From: a virus
IMG/VR virus record: IMGVR_UViG_3300045988_141012
DNA: 64,000 bases
Strand: one strand, 5' to 3'
Shown: piece by piece, positions 55,673 through 64,000 of the stretch
How positions within the stretch are numbered: position 1 is the stretch's first letter
Layout of the letters: every line of letters starts with the position of its first letter
Translations under genes and position numbers: made by a program
Notes under the pieces: model-generated
What the model was told of the DNA's origin: nothing
Database searches by the model: none
Seen by the model: the letters and a program-made list of their open reading frames with translations, nothing else

Positions 55673-57967
55673 ATGGCTCATCTAAATTTAAAAAAAAAAG
55701 ATGCACATATTTTTACTCAAGCAGGTGTGACTATTCAAAACTTATTGAATTTGATTCAGTCATTTGAAACAAATGAACTTGAAGAGTTAAGAGATTTAAT
55801 TGTAGCAATTAAAGATATTAACACAACAGATGATGACCAAAGTTTTAAGCAACAATTATTGAATGTATTTGATAATGCGGTAATGGAAGATGAAGTTACA
55901 ACAAAACTTGACAATACAAGCACTCTCCCCCCTCAAGCCAAAATTGTAAAGAGTGCAATAGATGATGTTCTCGATAGGATTAAACAGACTAATTCAGATT
56001 TAAGTGATGAGATTTACAATAGACAAACTGGAGACCAAGATATAACTACTTTGGTGGAAAATGAAAGTCTATCAAGACAAAATGCGGATGATAAAATCAA
56101 CAGAGAATTATATGGAAGTACAACAAATAGTTATACACTTTCCTCTGATATTGATCCTGCTCAAGTTGATGTCACTATTCAAGGTGGCTCTGGTGTTTTA
56201 AGTGTTGATATAGAAAATTTGACAAACGCCTTTGTTCTTAATGGAACAAAGGTTGTATCAGAGGGTAAAACAGTTGCAACATATCAGATTGAGTACGGTG
56301 AAAATATATCAAGACTTTTTGCAGTTGTTGATTATAATGTACAATTAAAAACATTTGATTTCAAATTAGTAAATGTAGATGATATAACTTCATCTGTCGA
56401 TGGTAATGTGGCTACACTTGTATTAGGATTAATAGAGTTTAACTATGGCTTTAATACAGGGCAAGGATATATTTTAAACAAAGTTACAAAGAATTTTCCA
56501 TATACATATCAAAATGTATCACAGAACACAGTTATCAAAATAAACGGATTAGCTGATTTGCAGACTATTGATAAGTCAAGTTTTATGTCTGCCATTAATG
56601 AATTAGCAAGAACTGATATGAAGGTTAATGTATCTTTGAACGACATAAAAAAGGAACTTAATGGTATGTCAAAAGGCGGTATTTGGCATTATGGTGAGGT
56701 ATTGACACACACCGCTAATTTAAGTACCCCTGTAATAAACAATAGTGTTGATGCAAATATAGGCGACTTTTATCTTAACTCAAATACATTTTCAGTGTAT
56801 TTTTGTGTAGGAGATGATAATGGCAATCATAATTGGTTATATATCGGCAATTTGACAGGAAGTTTTGATTACTCAAACTATGCGAGTGTTGATTCTCCAC
56901 ATTTTGAAGGAATACCGACAGCACCTACTCCGTCTGTATCAAATAATTCACGACAAGTTGCAACCACAGAATATGTGAGAAGTGCTATTGATAAATATGC
57001 AAGTGGTGATAGCAGCGAAAATATTGATGAGTTAGACAAAATAGTAGATGATATCTATTGTGACAATAAAGAGTGGACTTGCACAAAAGTCGATCGAAAA
57101 TTCCCAAACGTCACATTAAAAGATACTTCTACTGGTGAAATTCAAATTAATTGTATTGATTTTGGAAGATTTAGATTTTCTGAAAGTTTACCAACCGAAA
57201 TTTCATTGTTTAGTTCAACTTCATCAAAAGAGAAGATTACTACACCAAATAAGGCGGTTTTGACTTATGTACCACAGTCGGGAGAGGAAATATATATTAA
57301 TGCTGAGTATGATTGGTCTGAAAACGTTTTACAGTTGTCTTTGGCAAGTAATAAAATTGATGAACATAAGCAAGTTGATTGGATTGATTCGGCAAACAAG
57401 AGATGGCAATTTACATTAGGTTATTATGTTGTTACGTTAGCACAAGATACTTCCAAACAATATAGTATTCAATCTCAGACGTATACCCTACTTGATAATG
57501 GATATTTTTATTTTGCAAATGCATCATATAAGATGCCATTGTCAGAACTTCCGACGACAAATCACACAAGCATTTTATCTTCAATTATCGAAGTTTCAAA
57601 TAATATATCTCAACTAAAGAGTGAGCTTGCAATTGAAAGAAATAATATTGCCGAGACTATATACTCTTTACATCCTACTGTTGAACAAATAACAATAAGT
57701 GCTGATAATAAACCGTCTAATAATTGGTATGGAAGTTTAATTACAACTGAAGTAAACGAATTGTTTGTTTTGGATAATCAGTTAGGAGATTTTTTTAAAG
57801 GGACTTACAATAAACAAGGTAATTTTCTTTATACCAATGACGAAATTGGTTATGTATTAACAAAAGATATTTTGCTAAATCAAAAAGCTTTTTGTCGTGT
57901 GCTTTCTAATCCTACGTCAGGAGTAGATAGTGTTTTTGGAGAAATAGAAGTGTTATTAACATTCTAA
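55673..57967 (+). CDS. tail fibre protein
   Basis: SPHFEGIPTAPTPSVSNNSRQVATTEYVRSAI is a motif common in phage fibre proteins; 764 aa. Confidence 0.7.
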   Translation: MAHLNLKKKDAHIFTQAGVTIQNLLNLIQSFETNELEELRDLIVAIKDINTTDDDQSFKQQLLNVFDNAVMEDEVTTKLDNTSTLPPQAKIVKSAIDDVLDRIKQTNSDLSDEIYNRQTGDQDITTLVENESLSRQNADDKINRELYGSTTNSYTLSSDIDPAQVDVTIQGGSGVLSVDIENLTNAFVLNGTKVVSEGKTVATYQIEYGENISRLFAVVDYNVQLKTFDFKLVNVDDITSSVDGNVATLVLGLIEFNYGFNTGQGYILNKVTKNFPYTYQNVSQNTVIKINGLADLQTIDKSSFMSAINELARTDMKVNVSLNDIKKELNGMSKGGIWHYGEVLTHTANLSTPVINNSVDANIGDFYLNSNTFSVYFCVGDDNGNHNWLYIGNLTGSFDYSNYASVDSPHFEGIPTAPTPSVSNNSRQVATTEYVRSAIDKYASGDSSENIDELDKIVDDIYCDNKEWTCTKVDRKFPNVTLKDTSTGEIQINCIDFGRFRFSESLPTEISLFSSTSSKEKITTPNKAVLTYVPQSGEEIYINAEYDWSENVLQLSLASNKIDEHKQVDWIDSANKRWQFTLGYYVVTLAQDTSKQYSIQSQTYTLLDNGYFYFANASYKMPLSELPTTNHTSILSSIIEVSNNISQLKSELAIERNNIAETIYSLHPTVEQITISADNKPSNNWYGSLITTEVNELFVLDNQLGDFFKGTYNKQGNFLYTNDEIGYVLTKDILLNQKAFCRVLSNPTSGVDSVFGEIEVLLTF

Positions 57968-57982
57968 GAGGAGGAATTTATT

Positions 57983-58264
57983 ATGACAAACATTAACTGG
58001 AAAGTAAGAATTAAAAATCCGATGTTTTGGGTACAAATTGTAGTTGCTATTTTTGTCCCTGTACTTGGCTATATGGGTATCACAGCACAGGACTTGACTA
58101 CATGGCAAGCAGTAGGCAATGTAATATTGACAGCTTTTTCTAATCCATATGTATTGCTGTTGATGGCAACGAGTGTTTATAATGCTATTATTGACCCAAC
58201 TACAACAGGCATTACAGATAGCAAAATGGCACTTACATACAACACGCCTAACAGTGATAAATAA
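57983..58264 (+). CDS. holin (phi LC3-type)
   Basis: 93 aa with NWKVRIKNPMFWVQIVVAIFVPVLGY..., a second TM helix and DPTTTGITDSKMALTY, as in phiLC3-family holins. It lies upstream of the amidase. Confidence 0.7.
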   Translation: MTNINWKVRIKNPMFWVQIVVAIFVPVLGYMGITAQDLTTWQAVGNVILTAFSNPYVLLLMATSVYNAIIDPTTTGITDSKMALTYNTPNSDK

Positions 58265-58265
58265 G

Positions 58266-58299
58266 AGAACATTCATCCTATGCGAATGTTCTTTTTTTT
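58266..58299 (+). terminator. intrinsic terminator
   Basis: AGAACATTC pairs with GAATGTTCT, followed by T8. Confidence 0.6.
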
Positions 58300-58310
58300 G
58301 TGCAAAAATT
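58292..58310 (+). promoter_or_regulatory. T-run + TTGTGCAAAAAT (motif copy)
   Basis: TGCAAAAAT is exact at 58301-58309, before the SD of the endolysin. Confidence 0.3.
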
Positions 58311-58328
58311 AAAGAAAGGAAGATTGCT

Positions 58329-59291
58329 ATGAATATAATTGAAGTTGCTTATAAATGGCACGGTGGCTTTACAAAGCGTTCACGCACAGATTTTATAGCG
58401 TTACATCACGCAGAAGCAGTTAAATGTACTCCACAAGATATACACAGTTGGCACGTCTCAAATGGTTGGACAGGCATCGGTTATCATTTCTTTGTACGTA
58501 AGGACGGCACAATTTATCGTGGTCGTCCGCTTGATGTGGTTGGTGCTCACGTTCAAGGTATGAACAGTTGTTCTATTGGCATTTGTGCTGAAGGTGATTA
58601 TCATACAAAAGAAAAGACAATGCCACAAGCACAAAAGAAATCTATTATCGAGTTATGTCAATATCTTAAAAAGAATTATTATCCAAATGCAAAGATAGTT
58701 GGACATAGAGAAATCGGTGACAGTAATTGTCCTGGTCGATATTATCCACTTGATGAAATTAAATTTGCTGTTGCCGGAGGAATTACTGTTCAAGCAGAAA
58801 ATCCTCAAAAGATTGCTTTGGATAAGTTGGTAATGAAGGGTATTATTACAGATGCATCTCAATGGGTACTTACTGATTTCTTGACAAATGCAAAGACAGT
58901 TAGAGTTCTCGACCTGCTTTCAGGCGGTACTTGGACAAGCGAGAAAACAAATTCAAGTATTCATTGGGCTCAGCCAAATGTCATCTCTTTAGCATCTAAG
59001 GATGGTGGTTCTTCGGACGGAACAAAAGTCATTGAAGATATTGACGGAATGGTTAATAAACTAAATGTTTGGATTTCTAAGGCTACACTATTGGCTTTGG
59101 TTGATAAGCTTACAGGCGGCACAAAAGAAAAATACAAGAATAGAAAAACAGACCATTGGGGCAGAAATTGTCTTGATAGCCTTTGTGACAAAGGCATAAT
59201 TACAGACGTTAAGTATTGGGACTCCGATTTCGAATCTACAGTAGAAAACGGAGTTTTTTTAGTGCTTTGTTGTAATGCGTTTGGTCTTTGA
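58329..59291 (+). CDS. endolysin: N-acetylmuramoyl-L-alanine amidase (Amidase_2/PGRP) with C-terminal binding domain
   Basis: ALHHAEA, GWTGIGYHFFV, GAHVQGMNSCSIGI and HREIGDSNCPG. ATG 58329 follows AAAGGAAG; the upstream part of the track ORF overlaps the holin. Confidence 0.8.
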   Translation: MNIIEVAYKWHGGFTKRSRTDFIALHHAEAVKCTPQDIHSWHVSNGWTGIGYHFFVRKDGTIYRGRPLDVVGAHVQGMNSCSIGICAEGDYHTKEKTMPQAQKKSIIELCQYLKKNYYPNAKIVGHREIGDSNCPGRYYPLDEIKFAVAGGITVQAENPQKIALDKLVMKGIITDASQWVLTDFLTNAKTVRVLDLLSGGTWTSEKTNSSIHWAQPNVISLASKDGGSSDGTKVIEDIDGMVNKLNVWISKATLLALVDKLTGGTKEKYKNRKTDHWGRNCLDSLCDKGIITDVKYWDSDFESTVENGVFLVLCCNAFGL

Positions 59292-59302
59292 GGGAGGGTT
59301 TA

Positions 59303-59983
59303 ATGTACACGATTACTCTATTAAACGATAGAAGATTATATGGAGCTCACAAAGAAGCAATTATGCAGTATGACAATATGGTCGGTAAAATTCAATTTTT
59401 AATTCCACAAACATATGACGGAAATGATATGAGAAATTTTACGACTGTATCATTGGAATATATCTCCCCTATTTCTCATTTGTATAAGCAAGAATTTTTA
59501 ACTTTATCTGAGGAATTGGTAGAATATGCTGATGAACAATATTTAGAATATTTGCTTCCTATTGGCTCAAAAATGACTGCTGAAAATGGGGATATTGAAT
59601 TACAACTATCGTTTTACCAAGTTTATATGGACGAAGATGGTGTAGTTCAAGACCCTGTTCTGAAAACACAATCTTGTAGGGTAAAAATTATTCCTACAAA
59701 GAACTGGGCTCAATTTGTACCGTCAGAATCTATGGCGGCACTTGACCAACGTATTGCTCAGTTGATTGCTTTGGAAGAAGAAATTACCGAATTACAAGGA
59801 CAGATTATTGAACATCATGACAATTTTATAAATGATGATGTTATTTCTGATAAGACAACATATTCGTCAAAGAAGATTGAAGAATTTATAGACAAGAATG
59901 AACTTGATGAAACCGTTGAAAATATAACAAATACTGAAAAACAAACAATCTCTGATGAAGAGATAGAAAATCTATTCAAATAA
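59303..59983 (+). CDS. hypothetical protein (226 aa)
   Basis: ATG 59303 follows GAGGGAGGG. Confidence 0.5.
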   Translation: MYTITLLNDRRLYGAHKEAIMQYDNMVGKIQFLIPQTYDGNDMRNFTTVSLEYISPISHLYKQEFLTLSEELVEYADEQYLEYLLPIGSKMTAENGDIELQLSFYQVYMDEDGVVQDPVLKTQSCRVKIIPTKNWAQFVPSESMAALDQRIAQLIALEEEITELQGQIIEHHDNFINDDVISDKTTYSSKKIEEFIDKNELDETVENITNTEKQTISDEEIENLFK

Positions 59984-60073
59984 TTTAGGATAAATCGCAT
60001 TATGCCGGCTAACAATGCGTTTTATTATATACATAACTTATACACTTTTATTAAATTCAAGGAGGAAATTAGA

Positions 60074-60913
60074 ATGGCAAACGAAACACAAAAGTTTTTA
60101 AGTTACGAAGGTCTTGGTACATATGACAGTAAAGTCAAAGCTTATATTGTAGATAAGGCTGACGCTGCCAAGACATCTGCTATCAAAGCAGACGCGGTTG
60201 TAGTTACTACAGATGTAACAACAGAAGGATATGCAAAATCTTATACCTTCACTCAGAATGGTGCAACTATTGCTACGGTTGATATTCCAAAGGATATGGT
60301 CGTATCAAGTGGTAAAGTGGTTGTCAACCCTGAAGGACAGGATGAAGGCACATACCTTGAATTGACACTATCTAATGCAACAAGTGACAAAGTTTATATT
60401 AATGTTGGTAAGCTTGTAGACATTTACACTGCAAAAGCCAATGCAACTCAGGTTCAGATTGCTATTGATTCTGCAACAAGAGAAGTTAGTGCCACAATTG
60501 TTGCTGGTGGTGTAGGTTCAACAGAACTTGCTGACGGTGCAGTTATTACTGCTAAGATTGGTGATGCTCAAGTTACAAAAGCAAAATTAGGCACTGATGT
60601 ACAAGCTTCTATTGATAAAGCCGATTCTGCAATTCAGTCGGTTGCTACCGGTAAAACAGACGGTACAGTCGCTGTCGATGGCACAGATGTTTTAGTTGCA
60701 GGCTTAAAGTCTGCCGCATATGCTGAGACAACGGCTTTTGATGCGGCTGGTGTTGCAGATACAAAAGTAAAAGAACTTGCTGATGGTGCAGTAAAAACAA
60801 ATACAAGTGATATTTCAACACTAAAAACAAAAGTGGCTGATCTTGAATCTGTTACTATTGAAGCAATCTCAACAGATGAAATAAATGCTCTATTTACAAA
60901 AGCGACTGAATAA
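60074..60913 (+). CDS. fibre/structural protein, Ala/Thr/Val-rich (279 aa)
   Basis: ATG 60074 follows AAGGAGGAAA; the N-terminus is FLSYEGLGTYDSKVKAYI. Confidence 0.5.
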   Translation: MANETQKFLSYEGLGTYDSKVKAYIVDKADAAKTSAIKADAVVVTTDVTTEGYAKSYTFTQNGATIATVDIPKDMVVSSGKVVVNPEGQDEGTYLELTLSNATSDKVYINVGKLVDIYTAKANATQVQIAIDSATREVSATIVAGGVGSTELADGAVITAKIGDAQVTKAKLGTDVQASIDKADSAIQSVATGKTDGTVAVDGTDVLVAGLKSAAYAETTAFDAAGVADTKVKELADGAVKTNTSDISTLKTKVADLESVTIEAISTDEINALFTKATE

Positions 60914-60950
60914 TTTATTCTCTGATTAATTCAAGGTGATACATATTTCT

Positions 60951-60979
60951 AAGGGAAGGGTGACGACTCTTCCCTTTTT
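60951..60979 (+). terminator. intrinsic terminator
   Basis: AAGGGAAG pairs with CTTCCCTT, followed by TTT. Confidence 0.6.
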
Positions 60980-60999
60980 GTATTGCTTGATACTATATG

Positions 61000-61015
61000 T
61001 TTTTGCAAAAATATA
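61000..61015 (+). promoter_or_regulatory. TTTTTGCAAAAATATA (motif copy)
   Basis: TGCAAAAAT is exact at 61004-61012, upstream of the SD of 61039. Confidence 0.3.
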
Positions 61016-61038
61016 TAACTCGTTTTGGAGGAAAGAAA

Positions 61039-61185
61039 ATGGAAGAAAAGAAATTTTTAGATTTAAATGGTTTAAAAATAGTTGTAAATAACATCGAGAA
61101 CAAGATAGATGGAAACAAAGCTGACATATCTTTTACTGATGATACTACTTATGAACCGTTAGAAGAAACGGAGGCAAGTTCATAA
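61039..61185 (+). CDS. small protein (48 aa)
   Basis: ATG follows GGAGGAAAGAAA. The N-terminus KKFLDLNGLKIVVNNIENKI parallels that of 60074. Confidence 0.45.
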   Translation: MEEKKFLDLNGLKIVVNNIENKIDGNKADISFTDDTTYEPLEETEASS

Positions 61186-61859
61186 TGGCTATGTCTTTAA
61201 AGGAAAGCTTAGAAAGCTTAAAAAATCAAACATCTGCATACACTCCATCAGTAATGATGCTTGAACCAGATACTGAACCAGAGATAACAGTTGATATGGA
61301 CAATAGAACGATTACTGTTCCGTCTGAATTGCAGACAATAGGTGTAGCCACTGAAAATAATGCCGAAACAGTTTACATTCGTGTTCCGTCTATTACATTT
61401 GACGGAATTGGTTTAACTGATAAGACTGCCTATATCTATTTTGTGAATGCCGGCAAAGAAGTGAATATTTACAAAGTGACAGATGTTGTCGTTGAAGATA
61501 GTTCTATTAAGCTTGGATGGACAATTACTAATGATGTTACTCGTTATGCAGGAACGGTATCATTCTCTTTGTCGTTTGAGTTGGATAATTCATATAAATG
61601 GACAACCACACCTGCTACTTTAACGGTTCTTAAAGGATTGGACATTGACCAAACAATTTCAAAACAAGACACTGCTATCGTATCTGCTCTATATGACAAG
61701 GTTAATGCTCTTAATACAAAGGTAGACAATGCTGTAAATTCAATGGATAATTCAGTTGCAACAATCAACTCATTGCAGAGTGCTATACAATCGTTGCAGT
61801 CGGAATTAAACTACATAAAAGAACACGTTGTTTACGTGATAGATGATATTGAAAATTAG
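61185..61859 (+). CDS. hypothetical structural protein (224 aa)
   Basis: Coupled start (TAATG). Confidence 0.5.
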   Translation: MAMSLKESLESLKNQTSAYTPSVMMLEPDTEPEITVDMDNRTITVPSELQTIGVATENNAETVYIRVPSITFDGIGLTDKTAYIYFVNAGKEVNIYKVTDVVVEDSSIKLGWTITNDVTRYAGTVSFSLSFELDNSYKWTTTPATLTVLKGLDIDQTISKQDTAIVSALYDKVNALNTKVDNAVNSMDNSVATINSLQSAIQSLQSELNYIKEHVVYVIDDIEN

Positions 61860-61873
61860 AAAGGAGGAACTTA

Positions 61874-63379
61874 ATGGCTAAAGCAAAATATTTTACACAA
61901 AATAACGAAAAAGTATATCCTATATCACACACCAAAGCAGTATATGATGGCAATGGTAAAGTCTTAGAGGATAGATTAACTGAAGATGAAACTGCAATTT
62001 CAAGCCTACAAACGGACGTAAAAGGCAAAGCCGATAAGACTGATGTAGACAATAAGTTAAGCTCAAATAGTGCCATTTCTGATACTACTGTGGCTTTTAC
62101 AGAGGCTTCAGCAAGGGAAAATATTGTTTCAAATGAAAAGAGTTCTACTTTATTTGGTAAAGTTCAAAAATGGTTCTCTGATTTAAAAAAAGTTGCTTTT
62201 ACAGGTAGTTATTCTGATTTGATTGATACTCCGTCAAATGCTACTACTACCATTAATGGTTTAATGTCGTCAAGCGATAAAATAAAATTAAACGGAATAT
62301 CAAGTAATGCAAATAACTATATTCACCCCACTACATCTGGCAATAAACACATACCAAGTGGAGGCTCATCAGGTCAAATATTGAAATGGTCGGCAGATGG
62401 CACTGCTATATGGGGAACTGAAAAAACATATAGTAATGCTACTACTTCAAGTTCAGGGTTGATGAGTGCAAGCGACAAAACAGACCTCGATGCTTGTGTA
62501 GAAACTTTAAGTGCCGATGCGTCTATGTTTCTTAGTTCCATTAAATCTCCAGCTCCTGCTGAATTTGAATTTGTTGAAACTTTATCATTAAGTAATTTAA
62601 CTTTAACAGGTGATGTAGTATTTTCCGATACGGGTTTATTTAATGGATATGCTTCATTAACTGAAATCACATCAGGACTTAATGATATTTTTCAAAAGAA
62701 TATTGATAACGGATTTGATTTTGTTTACTATATGGTACATAATACAAGCAGTAAACGATTTGAATTTTCCGCTACTGACCCATTGTATATATCCAGTAGT
62801 CAGGGTGGCAAATGGTATTACGACGGCAATGAGATAGCCACTAAGTCTGATATCCCAAGTACGTCTGATTTCCTTAAAACATCTGGCGGTACTTTATCTG
62901 GTAATACAACTTTGACTTCAGGATATGGTTTCTTGTCAAGTTATAGTAGTAACCTTAAATTACTAAGAGTGAATTCAAGTTCAAATTACTTCGGCGAACA
63001 AGGTGGAGCTACTGCAATGTATAACTATTTTGGTTATAGAAATAGTGCCAATACAACTACAATAACTAATCATTTTGGTAGTAGTTATAATTCATCTTAT
63101 AAGACAAATCTTAGCAACTATTACGGAAGATATGCTGCCACAAACTATTTCGGTTCAAGTGCTACAACAAATTATTTCGGCGATAGTTCAACTACATCAT
63201 ATTACAGGGGTAATACTATATACCTTGGTAGCTCAATATCTTATCCTGTGTATATGCAAGGCAGCACTTCATATAGAGTTGTAGGAACAACTACTGGATA
63301 CAACACTAAAATCCATGTGGCAAGTTCACAACCAAGTAATATGGCGGTAGGAGATATATGGTTTAAAATACCATCTTAA
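61874..63379 (+). CDS. tail fibre protein with fibre repeats
   Basis: Repeated GLMSSSDKIKLNG and GLMSASDKTDLD (phage tail-fibre repeat), plus a C-terminal NYFG repeat series. Confidence 0.75.
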   Translation: MAKAKYFTQNNEKVYPISHTKAVYDGNGKVLEDRLTEDETAISSLQTDVKGKADKTDVDNKLSSNSAISDTTVAFTEASARENIVSNEKSSTLFGKVQKWFSDLKKVAFTGSYSDLIDTPSNATTTINGLMSSSDKIKLNGISSNANNYIHPTTSGNKHIPSGGSSGQILKWSADGTAIWGTEKTYSNATTSSSGLMSASDKTDLDACVETLSADASMFLSSIKSPAPAEFEFVETLSLSNLTLTGDVVFSDTGLFNGYASLTEITSGLNDIFQKNIDNGFDFVYYMVHNTSSKRFEFSATDPLYISSSQGGKWYYDGNEIATKSDIPSTSDFLKTSGGTLSGNTTLTSGYGFLSSYSSNLKLLRVNSSSNYFGEQGGATAMYNYFGYRNSANTTTITNHFGSSYNSSYKTNLSNYYGRYAATNYFGSSATTNYFGDSSTTSYYRGNTIYLGSSISYPVYMQGSTSYRVVGTTTGYNTKIHVASSQPSNMAVGDIWFKIPS

Positions 63380-63395
63380 TGGGAGGTGAAGAATA

Positions 63396-64000
63396 ATGGC
63401 AACGGGTTTATGGACAGATTATAAAGCATCATCTTTTGCTGGTGGCAGTGGAACTTCATCTTCTCCATATCAAATTTCAAATGCTGCCCAATTAGCTTAT
63501 ATGGCTTATTTAGTAAATAGCAATACAACTTATAGAAATAAATATTATCAGCTAACTGCTGACATAGATTTATCTGCTCATTATTGGTATCCTATTGGTA
63601 AAGAAAACTATTCTTTTAATGGTACGTTTGATGGACAGTATCATACTATTTCAAACATGACAATAGATAACACGGTAACAGGTATGGGTGTAAAATACTT
63701 GGGTCTTTTTGGTTATATAGGTAAATACAATTTAACTGTCACTATAAAAAATTTATTTATGAATAACGCTATGATAACAGATAGCTCTGCTACTTATACG
63801 TCTTTTTTGGTAGGACACAATGGAGATAAATTATATTTAAATAATATTTCTATTGATAATTCAGAACTTGTTTATGCAAGCAGTACAACTGTTTCTACTA
63901 CGGGAACTTATTTTGGAGGGCTTGTGGGATATTCTAATAATTTGTTATCAATAGATAATGCCAATATATATAAAACAAACATTCGTAGTAATAAGGAAAT
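63396..64000 (+). CDS. GLUG-motif/adhesin-like protein, N-terminal part (3' end outside window)
   Basis: ATG follows GGGAGGTGA. Contains GSGTSSSPYQISNAAQLAYMAYLVN...YYQLTADIDLS...FNGTFDGQYHTISNM...YFGGLVGYSN. Confidence 0.55.
   Translation, partial: MATGLWTDYKASSFAGGSGTSSSPYQISNAAQLAYMAYLVNSNTTYRNKYYQLTADIDLSAHYWYPIGKENYSFNGTFDGQYHTISNMTIDNTVTGMGVKYLGLFGYIGKYNLTVTIKNLFMNNAMITDSSATYTSFLVGHNGDKLYLNNISIDNSELVYASSTTVSTTGTYFGGLVGYSNNLLSIDNANIYKTNIRSNKE

Noticed and set aside
58173-58328. Upstream extension of the endolysin ORF
   Set aside because: It overlaps the holin and runs through its terminator. The conserved amidase sequence starts at ATG 58329, which has an SD.

Overview
AT-rich tailed-phage genome segment in Firmicutes/Clostridia style (strong GGAGG Shine-Dalgarno sites, many TTG/GTG starts, hairpin plus T-run terminators), almost all on the + strand. 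Nt 1-12400 is an early/accessory module: antirepressor-like gene, a GIY-YIG fusion protein, a YonO/RdRP-like two-barrel single-subunit RNA polymerase, an ORF-free structured region, a tRNA-like element, a metallophosphoesterase, HU and a tyrosine recombinase. Nt 12500-29600 holds packaging, head and tail genes. Nt 29600-49600 holds giant tape-measure-like ORFs, followed by baseplate/fibre genes, a holin-amidase lysis cassette and more fibre genes. Three td-like group I introns appear to interrupt structural genes. (1) 20340-21499 splits the major capsid gene and carries a GIY-YIG homing endonuclease. (2) 35097-39067 lies at the end of the 1844-aa tape-measure ORF; its peripheral loop seems to carry a ~3.5 kb island of self-promoted cassettes (type I toxin/antisense-RNA-like pair, DUF3800-like protein, a repeat/leader-peptide/terminator unit before a channel-like membrane protein, and a zinc-ribbon protein on the opposite strand). 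(3) 45396-47166 is an IStron (group I intron fused to an IS200/IS605-type element with intact TnpB, end hairpins and an omega-RNA-like tail). Introns 1 and 3 share a 169-nt core with 4 mismatches. Splicing as modelled would fuse three ORFs into one 4746-aa protein with an NlpC/P60 domain. Other items are a GNAT-toxin-like two-gene moron and a recurrent TTGCAAAAAT motif after terminators upstream of late genes. All functional calls rest on motifs read by eye and recollection of families; no searches were run.
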